A stretch of DNA of 61,900 nucleotides, counting the filler, from Candidatus Zapsychrus exili (lineage in GTDB: Bacteria > Omnitrophota > Gorgyraeia > Zapsychrales > Zapsychraceae): the NCBI GenBank assembly GCA_030765585.1. It is 7 parts of 7 records of this genome, joined end to end, with 100 filler letters (N's around TTAATTAATTAA, not from the genome) between each part and the next. Parts side by side here need not be neighbours in the genome. Positions count along the whole stretch, not along the records: positions 52,387 to 57,931 come from JAVCCJ010000009.1; positions 58,032 to 61,900 come from JAVCCJ010000039.1; 5 more parts are not named here. One strand, 5' to 3'. The notes beneath the pieces were generated by a model that had not been told where the DNA came from, did not search any database, and saw only the letters and a list, made by a program, of their open reading frames with translations. Below are positions 52,567 to 61,900 of this stretch, piece by piece. The translations under genes were made by a program, and so were the position numbers. Within the stretch, counting starts at the first letter, position 1, and each line of letters opens with the position of its first letter.

Positions 52567-52595
52567 ATTATAGTGTACGAACGTTTACTTGTCAA
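52567..52595 (-). promoter_or_regulatory. Perfect sigma-70 promoter with SOS-box-like spacer
   Basis: Minus strand TTGACA-AGTAAACGTTCGTACAC (17 nt)-TATAAT. Confidence 0.75.
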
Positions 52596-52604
52596 GGGGA
52601 GAAG

Positions 52605-52838
52605 TTATCTGGGTGCAGTTACAGTAATTCGAACTGTTCCATCTTTTAGTGGCTTATATTTAAATACAGTAATATCAACACCCTTACCATGCTCTACTGC
52701 CTGCAATATAGCCCTTGAAAATTTAATAGCTAAATCTTTATCTTTTGGTTCAAATCTTATTCCTAGGGTTTTATTATCAGGTTTTCCACCATATACTTTA
52801 GTTGACACGTAGGCAAAACTTTTTCTTTTTCTTTCCAT
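52605..52838 (-). CDS. Hypothetical protein
   Basis: 77-aa ORF with RBS AAAGGAG. Confidence 0.6.
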   Translation of the reverse strand: MERKRKSFAYVSTKVYGGKPDNKTLGIRFEPKDKDLAIKFSRAILQAVEHGKGVDITVFKYKPLKDGTVRITVTAPR

Positions 52839-53169
52839 AATTAATTTTCTCCTTTGAAAAAATCAACTCCTAATAAACTAAATTCATCATTCATATTAAC
52901 AGCAATTGATAATTCTTTATCAATGGACCCTATTGAAATTTTTCTTTTTACTATCGAACAAGTTATTAATCTGTTAGCTGTAGAAAAAGTTTGCGTTTTG
53001 AGATTACTAAAATTTTCATTTTTTTTGCTACTCTCATTAAACGTTTCGTAAAATTTTGTTAGCCCAGTGGTAGCCAACGACTATTTCGTAAAACTTAACA
53101 TATTATATTCCAATACTTTCTACTCATTGACCTTCAGGTTCACTGCCTGATGTAAATTAATCCTTTTTT

Positions 53170-56100
53170 TTACACAAAGGCTTTTGGCCAACCACCATAA
53201 GTATCAATAATTTTATCTACCTCGGACATTAGACCAGATGTTTCGCTCAGCAAGACAATAATTTTTTGATAATGTTCTATTTCTTTCTTAGATAACTGGC
53301 GACCCTTGCGACTCTTAAGCCATTTCTCACAAACTTGATAGCCACCAATATAAAAATTCCAAATTTCTCTGGATACACCCTTAAAACCAACTGACTTGTC
53401 TTTGTCAATACACACCATATCATTTGACCAAGAAATTCTTTCAACCTCGGTACTCTTCCCACTAATAAACTTTGTTACATAATTATTGAGTTTAGATGAT
53501 TTCATCAGATGTAAATCGACAAGATCGCTTCCAATCTTCGCCATTTTTTGAAACAACTCCAAACTACTTGTCAGAGGTAACCGAGGAAAGTCAATCTTCA
53601 ATGATTCCACATAACGGTTCCGATAGCTAGGGCTATGAAGCGCACAGTAAATATAATTAAATATATCTTCAGCCGTTAAACTATGAGGAATTCCGGTGAC
53701 ATTATCCTTTGTTAGTCTTAACTTATTTGCAAGTAAATCAAGAAAATGTGGAGTAAAATTCGTAAAATCTCCTAAATTCAGATCTGTTTTTTTTGATTGC
53801 AAATGAAGTGGAAATGCAAATGCATTATTCGATGTTTTGGACGAAAGAAGTATAACCTCCGAAAGAGTATCACTTACAAGAACATGGTGGAAATCTTCGC
53901 CTTTCGTCATCCGTGAAGTTATAAGAGCTAGGTTTTTTCCATCCACCATGTGTTGCATTACTGGCCATGCCCTACCCCAAATCAATGACTCATGATAGAA
54001 AACTGGACGAATATCAAAAGGCCTATAAAGAACTTGCTGAATATAGGCTTTTAGATTTTTGACACTTTTAATTTTTGCGCGTGCTCGTGCAATATTCCAA
54101 CCCTTCTTCAATGGGATACCGAGTGATTTACATGTTGCTTCGTCATTTAGTTTAGAATCACGAAAAGCTTTGGCACGTTCCAATATTGGTTCAGGTGTAA
54201 AATCTATGACATAAGAATCTCGAGCAGTAATCATCCCAATACTATGTAACTTAAAGATTTCTGTAATTTTTGGCCAAGATGTATATTCAGTAAAGCCTTG
54301 TTCTGATAATGTGCGAAAGAGAAATAATTCAGAATCACATGCAACATTTTTCCAAGAATGGCTACTACAATTGTTTGATCGAAGAAATGGATATTTATGA
54401 TCCTCCCTGTCTCCCCAAAGATCATTCTTAAAAATTTTATTGTTAGGAGTACTTTTTATTTTTCCTTTTAATCCAATAAATATGGCAACCCCTGTATCTT
54501 TAATATCAAAAACATTCTGATCATTAGAACCGTCTTTTGCTTTTTCTCCTCGATTTACATTACCGTGTAAATCGAAAATCCAAATTTTACGAAAATTGTT
54601 AAGAAGAGACCAGCGAACTCCGCGGAGCGTCGGGTTATCAACAAAGCCATGGTTGCAAATCATTCCGCAGATACCTGTAGTAGCGAAATTCAATCGGTCC
54701 TCCGCAAAAGCGAGAAACTTAATATAATCATCTTGCAAGTTTTTCTCCAGCTGAAGCGCCCCACGTTCCTTAATTTTTACACCATCAATATATTTGAATC
54801 GACCTACCAACGCACGCGTTTGTTCAGTCAGATTCGCCGAATGCCCTGAATATGGCGGATTTCCAACAACAACTGTTATTGGAACTGTACTTTTCACAAT
54901 ATTAGATTCTTCAGCTTCCCGAGATAAAAACTGAGCAAATAAAGTCCCACTGTATTTATGGGGTGGTTCAAGTGTATTAGTTAAAAAAATATTTAATCGT
55001 TCATGCCCTTTAAACTCATATCTCGTATCTTGAAGTGTCATTGCCAATTTCATATGAGCAACAGAATATGGCGCCATTTTTAATTCAAATCCATATAATC
55101 TGGGCAACAAATGTTTGGGAACATATGTGTTCCAACGCACATTAATCTCTTCAGCAAGGCTTCCTTCTTCTCTCCATTTTTGATTAAGATTGTCATATAT
55201 TTTCAGTATTACATGTTTAAGAAAAGTACCTGTTCCTGTAGCAGGATCAAGAACTTGGACAAATGGCTCTCTTGCAAGTTTTTTTCCTTCTTTACTATTT
55301 TTTCGCATACCTTCAGGCATTTTAATCTTGCCCTTTTCCAACAATTCACCCCACGTTGAAATATCAGCTAAGCCATCTGGGCATCCAAAATCATTTTTTA
55401 AAAGATGATCAACTGAATTAACTATATACGAAACCACGGCATCTGGAGTATAAAATTCACCTCTCCTAATCTTCTGCTTTGCATCATATTCTCTCATAAA
55501 TCCTTCATACAAATGAATAACTGGGTCTTCTCCAGGCTTTTCTTTTCCAAAGTCATCCTGAATAGCTGTTGTATCAGTGTTATTTAGAAGATCAACTAAC
55601 TCATATATCCCCAGATCATCTAGACTTATTTTGCCCTCTTTCTCTTCTTGGAAACTCAAACACTGACTTAATAAATTCTTTAGAAAAGGATTCGTTCTTG
55701 GAATATTTCTTACAATTTCCCATATATGAAGGTTGTCATCATCATCCATACATCGAGCTGAGAACAGGCCGTAAGAAATCGTCTGTGCATACATATCTGC
55801 AAAATCGTCTTCTGTTAAATCATGAATTAAAACTTTTTTAAAATCTTCATACAATTTATGTAGTGGTCCATCTTCTAACTCTATTTCTAATACACTTAAA
55901 ATATGCCGCCTAATTCTTTTAGCACATCTTGCTAATTCTATTGCGAGCTGTGGCGATGTTTTGACAACATATCGATGTTCTAACTTAAAGGCAGACTCCC
56001 ACTGTTGTCTCCATTCTTTAGAATCATTAGAATCTGCGGGCCATTCAAGTCTGGACAAGCTGCATTCAACAGCTTTCACATGTCGATCTGTATCATGTTG

Positions 56101-56550
56101 ATCCCAAGATATTGCTTTAATTTCAGGCAATCCTTTTTCTTTTTGTATAAAATGTACAATGGAAGTTCCTTTTTCTTCTCCTGATCCAAAAAAGGATATA
56201 AAAATCAAATCTGACATTTTCCATACAGGTTGATTAGGATTTTGTCTTCTTTTTTTCTCAACAAATTGTCTTAAAATGCTCCTCAAAAGAACTACTGGAA
56301 GCTTATTCTTTGAAAAATCGATATAAAATATTCCCCAAGGCCAATCAGAAGCTGGAGGTCTTAACTGCTTAATTATTATGGAAGTGCTATCTGAGGATTT
56401 GATAATCCCAAGTTCTTCGGGATCATAATCAAATGTAATTTCTTCTTCACTAGACTCTGGATCTATTGGCCAATTCAATTCATCGCAAAAATAAGTAAGC
56501 AATGATTTAAAGCTTTTAATATCTTTAATTCCCTTGGCTATTGTTGGCAT
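53170..56550 (-). CDS. N6-adenine DNA methyltransferase with type ISP-like C-terminal specificity domain
   Basis: FADMYAQTISYGLF, GEFYTP, LDPATGTGTFL, VGNPPYS, DLHGN, YRPFD, DFPRLP, IGGYQVCEKWLK. Confidence 0.88.
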   Translation of the reverse strand: MPTIAKGIKDIKSFKSLLTYFCDELNWPIDPESSEEEITFDYDPEELGIIKSSDSTSIIIKQLRPPASDWPWGIFYIDFSKNKLPVVLLRSILRQFVEKKRRQNPNQPVWKMSDLIFISFFGSGEEKGTSIVHFIQKEKGLPEIKAISWDQHDTDRHVKAVECSLSRLEWPADSNDSKEWRQQWESAFKLEHRYVVKTSPQLAIELARCAKRIRRHILSVLEIELEDGPLHKLYEDFKKVLIHDLTEDDFADMYAQTISYGLFSARCMDDDDNLHIWEIVRNIPRTNPFLKNLLSQCLSFQEEKEGKISLDDLGIYELVDLLNNTDTTAIQDDFGKEKPGEDPVIHLYEGFMREYDAKQKIRRGEFYTPDAVVSYIVNSVDHLLKNDFGCPDGLADISTWGELLEKGKIKMPEGMRKNSKEGKKLAREPFVQVLDPATGTGTFLKHVILKIYDNLNQKWREEGSLAEEINVRWNTYVPKHLLPRLYGFELKMAPYSVAHMKLAMTLQDTRYEFKGHERLNIFLTNTLEPPHKYSGTLFAQFLSREAEESNIVKSTVPITVVVGNPPYSGHSANLTEQTRALVGRFKYIDGVKIKERGALQLEKNLQDDYIKFLAFAEDRLNFATTGICGMICNHGFVDNPTLRGVRWSLLNNFRKIWIFDLHGNVNRGEKAKDGSNDQNVFDIKDTGVAIFIGLKGKIKSTPNNKIFKNDLWGDREDHKYPFLRSNNCSSHSWKNVACDSELFLFRTLSEQGFTEYTSWPKITEIFKLHSIGMITARDSYVIDFTPEPILERAKAFRDSKLNDEATCKSLGIPLKKGWNIARARAKIKSVKNLKAYIQQVLYRPFDIRPVFYHESLIWGRAWPVMQHMVDGKNLALITSRMTKGEDFHHVLVSDTLSEVILLSSKTSNNAFAFPLHLQSKKTDLNLGDFTNFTPHFLDLLANKLRLTKDNVTGIPHSLTAEDIFNYIYCALHSPSYRNRYVESLKIDFPRLPLTSSLELFQKMAKIGSDLVDLHLMKSSKLNNYVTKFISGKSTEVERISWSNDMVCIDKDKSVGFKGVSREIWNFYIGGYQVCEKWLKSRKGRQLSKKEIEHYQKIIVLLSETSGLMSEVDKIIDTYGGWPKAFV

Positions 56551-56551
56551 C

Positions 56552-57931
56552 TTAACTAATCTCCATCCACGCTCTTAATCTGGGCTTTATGCCAATGGGA
56601 GCTTGTATTTCTCGCAAAAATGGATCCAAAACTTTCTTTTCAAAATTCCCTTTAATTTCGACTAATTGAAGCTTGTCGTCCGATACTTTTCTAGGGGTTC
56701 CCTGCGGTGTGTGAACAATATCAACTATTCTTTTAATATTTTCCGTAACTTCATTAGCTTCTGTGTTGTATAAATACCACCGTACATAACCTGACTCAAT
56801 AAGCCATTCTCCGTTTGCATTCTTGCTTGGCAGTTCATAACAGAAAAACACATGTTTAGATTCAATCTCTTGTTTTTCTTTTCCACTAAAGAGTCTCAAT
56901 GGATAATTGTTTAATTTTTGTGCAATTTCAGGATAATCCCTAAGAAACCTTTGATATTCCAGCCGCATTTCCTCCTCAACTGTAATAGCCCCTTCATAAA
57001 TGTTGTTAAATTCCCTCAAAGACTCATAGTCGTCTTCCGGCGTAAGCAACTGTCTTCCTTCAATTCCAAGAGTCTTAGATATTCTCAATGTTTTATCTGT
57101 AACTCGTTTATAAAGCGTCAAAACATCATTCAATTCATCTGGCGGAAGAAAATTCCAAAATCTTACTTTCCCCCTAAGCTCAGCAACCTCAGGATGGCTT
57201 TTCACTAAATTCTCCTCAACTGCGGCATCAAATCTACGATCAACACGGCCTATCCTTTGCATAAGCCTGACCGGATTCCAATGAAGATCATAATTAATCA
57301 TTAACGAGGCATCTTGCAAGTTTAAACCTTCTGCCAAAATATCAGTTGCCACTAATACTCTAATTTCTTTTCTCTTGTTTTCTTTTAAATACTGAGAAGA
57401 GTAGCCATTATAGTAAGGTGAAAAATTCTCAATAATATCACCATGATTTCTACCATCTGAACTATCGATTTCATCCACATTGTCTATTCCAGCATTCTTT
57501 AATTCTCGCTCTATATAATTTGCAGTGTCCTTAAACTCCGTAAAAATTAATACTTTCTGCTTTTGTAAATCCTGATCATTTCTCATTAAATTAATAAGAG
57601 CTTGGATTTTATCATCCTGTTCTGGCTTAAATACTTTCAGGTCAATTAAAAACGTAACCAAAAGATTTAAATCTTTAAGTGTTAGTTCAATAATAGTGTC
57701 CATATGATAATTTTGAGGATCAACGATTAATTTTTCAACCTTAAGCTTTAATTCTTCTTGAATAACATCTTCATCAGCGTCCTCTTCATCCTCTGTCTCC
57801 GGAGATTTAACTTGTTTTATCCATTTAAGTATTTCAGTGTGTTTTATTTGACTTCGCCAATGCTCAGACTTCTTGCGATCATGCAACTCAACAAAGGCTA
57901 ATAATTTTAACAACAAATTAATACATGATTG
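56552..57931 (-). CDS. SF2 (SNF2-like) helicase, C-terminal part
   Basis: KVLIFTEFKDTA, ATDILAEGLNLQD, INYDLHWNPVRLMQRIGRVDR. Confidence 0.9.
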   Translation of the reverse strand, partial: QSCINLLLKLLAFVELHDRKKSEHWRSQIKHTEILKWIKQVKSPETEDEEDADEDVIQEELKLKVEKLIVDPQNYHMDTIIELTLKDLNLLVTFLIDLKVFKPEQDDKIQALINLMRNDQDLQKQKVLIFTEFKDTANYIERELKNAGIDNVDEIDSSDGRNHGDIIENFSPYYNGYSSQYLKENKRKEIRVLVATDILAEGLNLQDASLMINYDLHWNPVRLMQRIGRVDRRFDAAVEENLVKSHPEVAELRGKVRFWNFLPPDELNDVLTLYKRVTDKTLRISKTLGIEGRQLLTPEDDYESLREFNNIYEGAITVEEEMRLEYQRFLRDYPEIAQKLNNYPLRLFSGKEKQEIESKHVFFCYELPSKNANGEWLIESGYVRWYLYNTEANEVTENIKRIVDIVHTPQGTPRKVSDDKLQLVEIKGNFEKKVLDPFLREIQAPIGIKPRLRAWMEIS

Positions 57932-58031
57932 NNNNNNNNNNNNNNNNNNNNNNNNNNNNNNNNNNNNNNNNNNNNTTAATTAATTAANNNNNNNNNNNNN
58001 NNNNNNNNNNNNNNNNNNNNNNNNNNNNNNN

Positions 58032-59818
58032 ATTTAAAAGATATTCTAAAGAAGTTTGGATATAACCAAGAATTGTCTGAGACGCTAAAACAGGCTGTTA
58101 AGAATTTTGATAGAGAAAATAAAATATTTGATGAGATTACTCGTAATGCAAAACTGATTCGGAATAACGCATTTGAAAAAAAACCTGAACTTGTTGCTTC
58201 TTTTCAGTCTTTTAAACAGGTATTAGAGCAAAAGATTGTAAATAGGCGTTTGTATTCATTACAACTACTCTCTTCTTTCCACATGGCTTTTGCTCAAAAT
58301 TCTTGCAATTTTTCAGTGCCAGGCTCAGGAAAGACGTCAATAGTTTATGGTGCGTATGCTTATCTAAATAGTTTGCCAGAAGACGACCCCAGATATGTTG
58401 AAAAACTACTTGTGATAGGCCCATTATCCTCTTTTGCTCCTTGGGAAAACGAATATGAGGATTGTTTTGGCAAAAGAGCTAACTCTTTCAGGATGTCTGG
58501 CGACGATATAAATACAAAAAAAATAAAACATCAGCATTTGTATTCTTCTAATCCGGCCGAAGTTACTCTAATTTCCCACGGCGGAGTCAATATTTTCAAA
58601 AAGGACATTGTGGATTTTTTAGAAAGACATAAGACCATGCTTGTTGTAGACGAAGCCCATAGGATTAAGAACCCAGATGGTGTTTGGGGAAGAAGTATCA
58701 CAGAAATATCAAAAGCAGCTGTTGCTAGGGTCGTTTTAACAGGAACTCCTGTCCCCAATGGCTATCAGGACATTTATAATCTTTATAAATTCATATATCC
58801 TTTTAAATTTAAGGATATATTGGGCTTTCATTTCCAGAACCTACAAGATTTGACGAAAGATGATAGTCAAAATAATTCAAATGTTGATAGGCTCAAGGAA
58901 AACATATCTCCTTTTTTTATTAGAATAAAAAAATCAGACTTAAATTTGCCACCGATAGTAGAAAAGACGATACCAGTTAATATGGATACATGCCAAAGAG
59001 AAATTTACGATTTTATCGAGTCGAAGTATGTTGAAGACTTCAAAAAGAATTCTTCAGGAACAATAAAAGACATCTTAAATAGAGCAAAACTTATTCGACT
59101 AAGACAGGCTTCGACCAATCCAGCCTTGCTGTTTAAGCCACTAAAAGACTCGATTGATATCTCGGATGTTAATTCGAATATAGCTAATAATATTGATGAG
59201 TATATTAGCGACTCAAGCTTTTTTGATAAAATAACTAAATATCCTAATGTTGAGACACCTCAGAAGTTTAAAGAAGTCCTGAATATTTTAAACTCAAGAA
59301 TATTTCCGAATGGAGGCAAGGTCATTATTTGGACGATTTTTGTTCAAAATGCTAAAGAACTTAAGGATTATTTAAACAAGAATAGGATTGCGTCGCGGCT
59401 GTTAATTGGCGAAATTGAAACAGAAGAAAGAGAGGCGACAATAGCAAAGTTTAACAAAGTTGATGATGAAGAATTTAAAGTAATAATAGCAAACCCATTC
59501 TCTGTAGGCGAATCGATTTCTCTACACAGAGGTTGCCATAATGCCATCTATCTAGAAAGAGATTATAGTTGCACGAATTTCTTGCAGTCTAAAGATAGGA
59601 TTCATAGGGTAGGTCTTAAAGAAGGTCAACTAACAAATTATTTCTATCTTATTTCGAAAGATTCAATAGATGAGGTTATTGAAGATAGGCTTCAAATAAA
59701 AATTGCAAGAATGGAAAATATTATTAATGATGATATTCCTCTATTCGGGATTGTTGACAATAATGATGAAACAGATTTAATAAAGGGACTGATTGATGCC
59801 TATGCTCGTAGATCTTAG
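58032..59818 (+). CDS. SNF2-family helicase (probably 5'-truncated)
   Basis: FSVPGSGKT, VVDEAH, LTGTP, ESISLH, QSKDRIHRVG. Confidence 0.88.
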
Positions 59819-60809
59819 TAAGTATGATAATTTAGGTTCTCCAAACATATTCTTTGCATTGTTGAGCCAAATAAATAATTCAGATTCAACTTGGACTTTC
59901 GATGATGCTTCGGCTTTTTTCTACAATAAAATGATTGATGGCAGGCTGGTCTTTGATGGTTGCATTAATTTCGCCTTAAGCATAGACATGCTGGTTTTAG
60001 AAGACAATAATATTAAAATTGAAGAAGAGTTTAGACAGAACTTGAAATCCAAAGAAGAGCTAACAGATAAAATTATCCAACGTCTTTTTCAAGTTTTAAA
60101 ACAAGACGATTTATTTTATCACATCTTTAGTTCTAAAAACCTTTCTTATGATGCCGTTTATAAAACCATTAAACTGGGAAATTTAGCTTTCGGTTCTAAG
60201 TTTGCTGGATTTAAACAGTTGCTTCTTGCTTTTGAGGTTATTAAAAATCATCCGATAGTTGAATTTGATAGTTTTATTGTTAACCCTAGTTATAAGGGCT
60301 TACTTGATAGGGATATCCTTCCTCAAGTTAGAAAAATGAAATTAAGCGTTGAAGACTTTGACTTTTTAATGGAGAAAAAACGGCTATACGGTGAAGAAGC
60401 GGAGCGATTTGTCCTAGAATTTGAAAAAAAACGTTTAAACAACGAAAAAGAAGTTGAGTGGGTTGCAATGTATACTGTAAATGAAGGGTATGACATAGCT
60501 TCTTATGATTGTCTCTCGGACGATCACATTAATAGGTTTATTGAAGTGAAGTCATACGAAGGTGATGAACCTTATTTCTTTTGGACTAGAAATGAAGCCT
60601 TAATAGCTAAACAAAAAAAAAGCCACTATTGGCTTTATTTGATAAACAGAAAAAAAGTAAACGGGAAAAACTATCAACCGGAGATGTATCAAAATCCTAT
60701 TGAAAGCATAATGGGTAACAACTTGTGGCACAAAGAACCAGAGACATGGCGTATATCAATTAAAAAAGCAGAAGAACCGGATAGAGATAAAAAGCTTGGT
60801 GTGATATAA
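59802..60809 (+). CDS. DUF3883 / NOV-C PD-(D/E)XK nuclease domain protein
   Basis: GEEAERFV..E..RL..GYDIAS..RFIEVKS..FFWTRNE..A..YWLYL. Confidence 0.85.
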   Translation: MLVDLSKYDNLGSPNIFFALLSQINNSDSTWTFDDASAFFYNKMIDGRLVFDGCINFALSIDMLVLEDNNIKIEEEFRQNLKSKEELTDKIIQRLFQVLKQDDLFYHIFSSKNLSYDAVYKTIKLGNLAFGSKFAGFKQLLLAFEVIKNHPIVEFDSFIVNPSYKGLLDRDILPQVRKMKLSVEDFDFLMEKKRLYGEEAERFVLEFEKKRLNNEKEVEWVAMYTVNEGYDIASYDCLSDDHINRFIEVKSYEGDEPYFFWTRNEALIAKQKKSHYWLYLINRKKVNGKNYQPEMYQNPIESIMGNNLWHKEPETWRISIKKAEEPDRDKKLGVI

Positions 60810-60831
60810 TCTTGTGCAGGAGGAAGTATAA

Positions 60832-61615
60832 ATGTCTAAAATTGTTCATTGTGCGAACTCTACTATCACAGAGGCATGGGCTTATTGTTCAGGGCGTTCC
60901 AGCAGAAGTAGATAATAGTGAAAGTGGTGCTTTTACACATACGCTTGATAAAAAGTATAAAGATAATAAGAAAATTCCAGCAATAGTTGTTACTCAGCAG
61001 GCAAAAGATTTCCCAATGCCTGCATATTGGCACTCACAATTATCTATAAATTCAGACTCAAATCTAATACGTTTTGGGCATCAATATCTTAGTATACACT
61101 TTCTTAAAAAGAATGATTCAAAATATGACACATTTTCTGACACATTAGAGCCTGTAATTGTAGATACTTTGAATACCTGGGCAGACATTATTTCCGATAG
61201 AAGAGGCGTATTGCCTGTGAATATGATAGGATTTGGATACATAAATACTTTTGTTGATTTTGCTTTAGATGGATTTGATTTATCTAAATACTTTAGATAC
61301 AGCTTTGGTGTGGATAATAGTGAAATAGAGGCATCTCTTTCTGCGGTTAAAACTTCATTCACTATATTAGAGAACAAAACCAGTATACCAATAATTCTAG
61401 AGATAGAAGTAGGTCCTAACCCTAAAAAACCAGGTTTTATGAAAGTTGTTACAAAGGTTATGGCTCAACGACTTAAAACTACACATATCCCACAAAAGGA
61501 TACAAAAAAGATTATGGAAGAAATAAAAGGGATGAAAGATTTGGCTGCAGATACTTTCTTTGGATTCGTCACTGATGAGACTAAAAAAATTATGGAGGCC
61601 CAGTATGCTAAATAA
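60832..61615 (+). CDS. TIGR04255-like protein with apparent 1-nt insertion near 60879
   Basis: RBS AGGAGG and ATG 60832 give MSKIVHCANSTITEAW; the ORF continues in the +1 frame as LIVQGV..YDTF..IGFGYIN..FFGFVT. Confidence 0.6.
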
Positions 61616-61900
61616 TATTTCGCATACTAAGAAACATCCAGCAGTAGTTTTTAAAGTAAACCCCAGAACTGAATTAGCTACTTATAAGGAGGTTTTCTCC
61701 TCAAGATATCAATATAAAACCGTGGACTTGAAGCCTGAAAATTATGATAAATGGAATATGTTCGATAGCCATTATTCTGCTTTGAGTATTTTTTTGCAAG
61801 TATATGAAGATTTTAGATTTGAATTGTCATACAGAAAAGCTCTTGGTGAGCTATTAAGTAACGAAGATGATATTACTTTGAAGTTTCTTAATAATAGCAG
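61605..61900 (+). CDS. Hypothetical protein (runs off window end)
   Basis: GGAGG RBS, ATG 61605, open to the end (MLNNISHTKKHPAVVF...). Confidence 0.55.
   Translation, partial: MLNNISHTKKHPAVVFKVNPRTELATYKEVFSSRYQYKTVDLKPENYDKWNMFDSHYSALSIFLQVYEDFRFELSYRKALGELLSNEDDITLKFLNNS

Noticed and set aside
52841..53077. 78-aa ORF as a gene
   Set aside because: No RBS or recognisable motif; possibly a remnant, so left uncalled.
56552..59818. The two helicase fragments as one gene or one operon
   Set aside because: They are on opposite strands and different contigs, and each has its own helicase C-terminal motifs.

Overview
The window is seven separate contigs joined by six artificial 100-bp N linkers containing TTAATTAATTAA, so no adjacency can be inferred across gaps. 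Contig 1 (1-19519) is an integrative, phage-related island: serine recombinase plus DUF2924, ParB-methyltransferase, HTH and terminase large subunit, with no portal or capsid visible. Its defence-like cargo is a SIR2 gene directly followed in frame (TAG-ATG) by an Avs-like STAND NTPase, a pPIWI-associated-type nuclease and a SEFIR/TIR protein. Contig 2 (19620-29567) is housekeeping (tRNA-Arg, apt, sigma-70, frameshifted ppdK, glyQS, histidine kinase) plus a complete IS110 inserted in a GTAG-type REP. The IS110 bridge RNA guides, CT core and circle-junction promoter can be read directly from the sequence; this is the best-supported notable feature. Contigs 3-4 carry secretin/pilus-type genes, two FGE-sulfatase-like paralogs, accB, efp, aroQ and envelope genes of a diderm bacterium (tentatively Omnitrophota-like). 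Contig 5 looks Patescibacteria-like (2045-aa DUF2341/LamG protein, RecQ, nucleotidyltransferase). Contigs 6-7 hold helicase-linked RM/defence-like loci. All family calls come from motif recognition by eye, not database searches.
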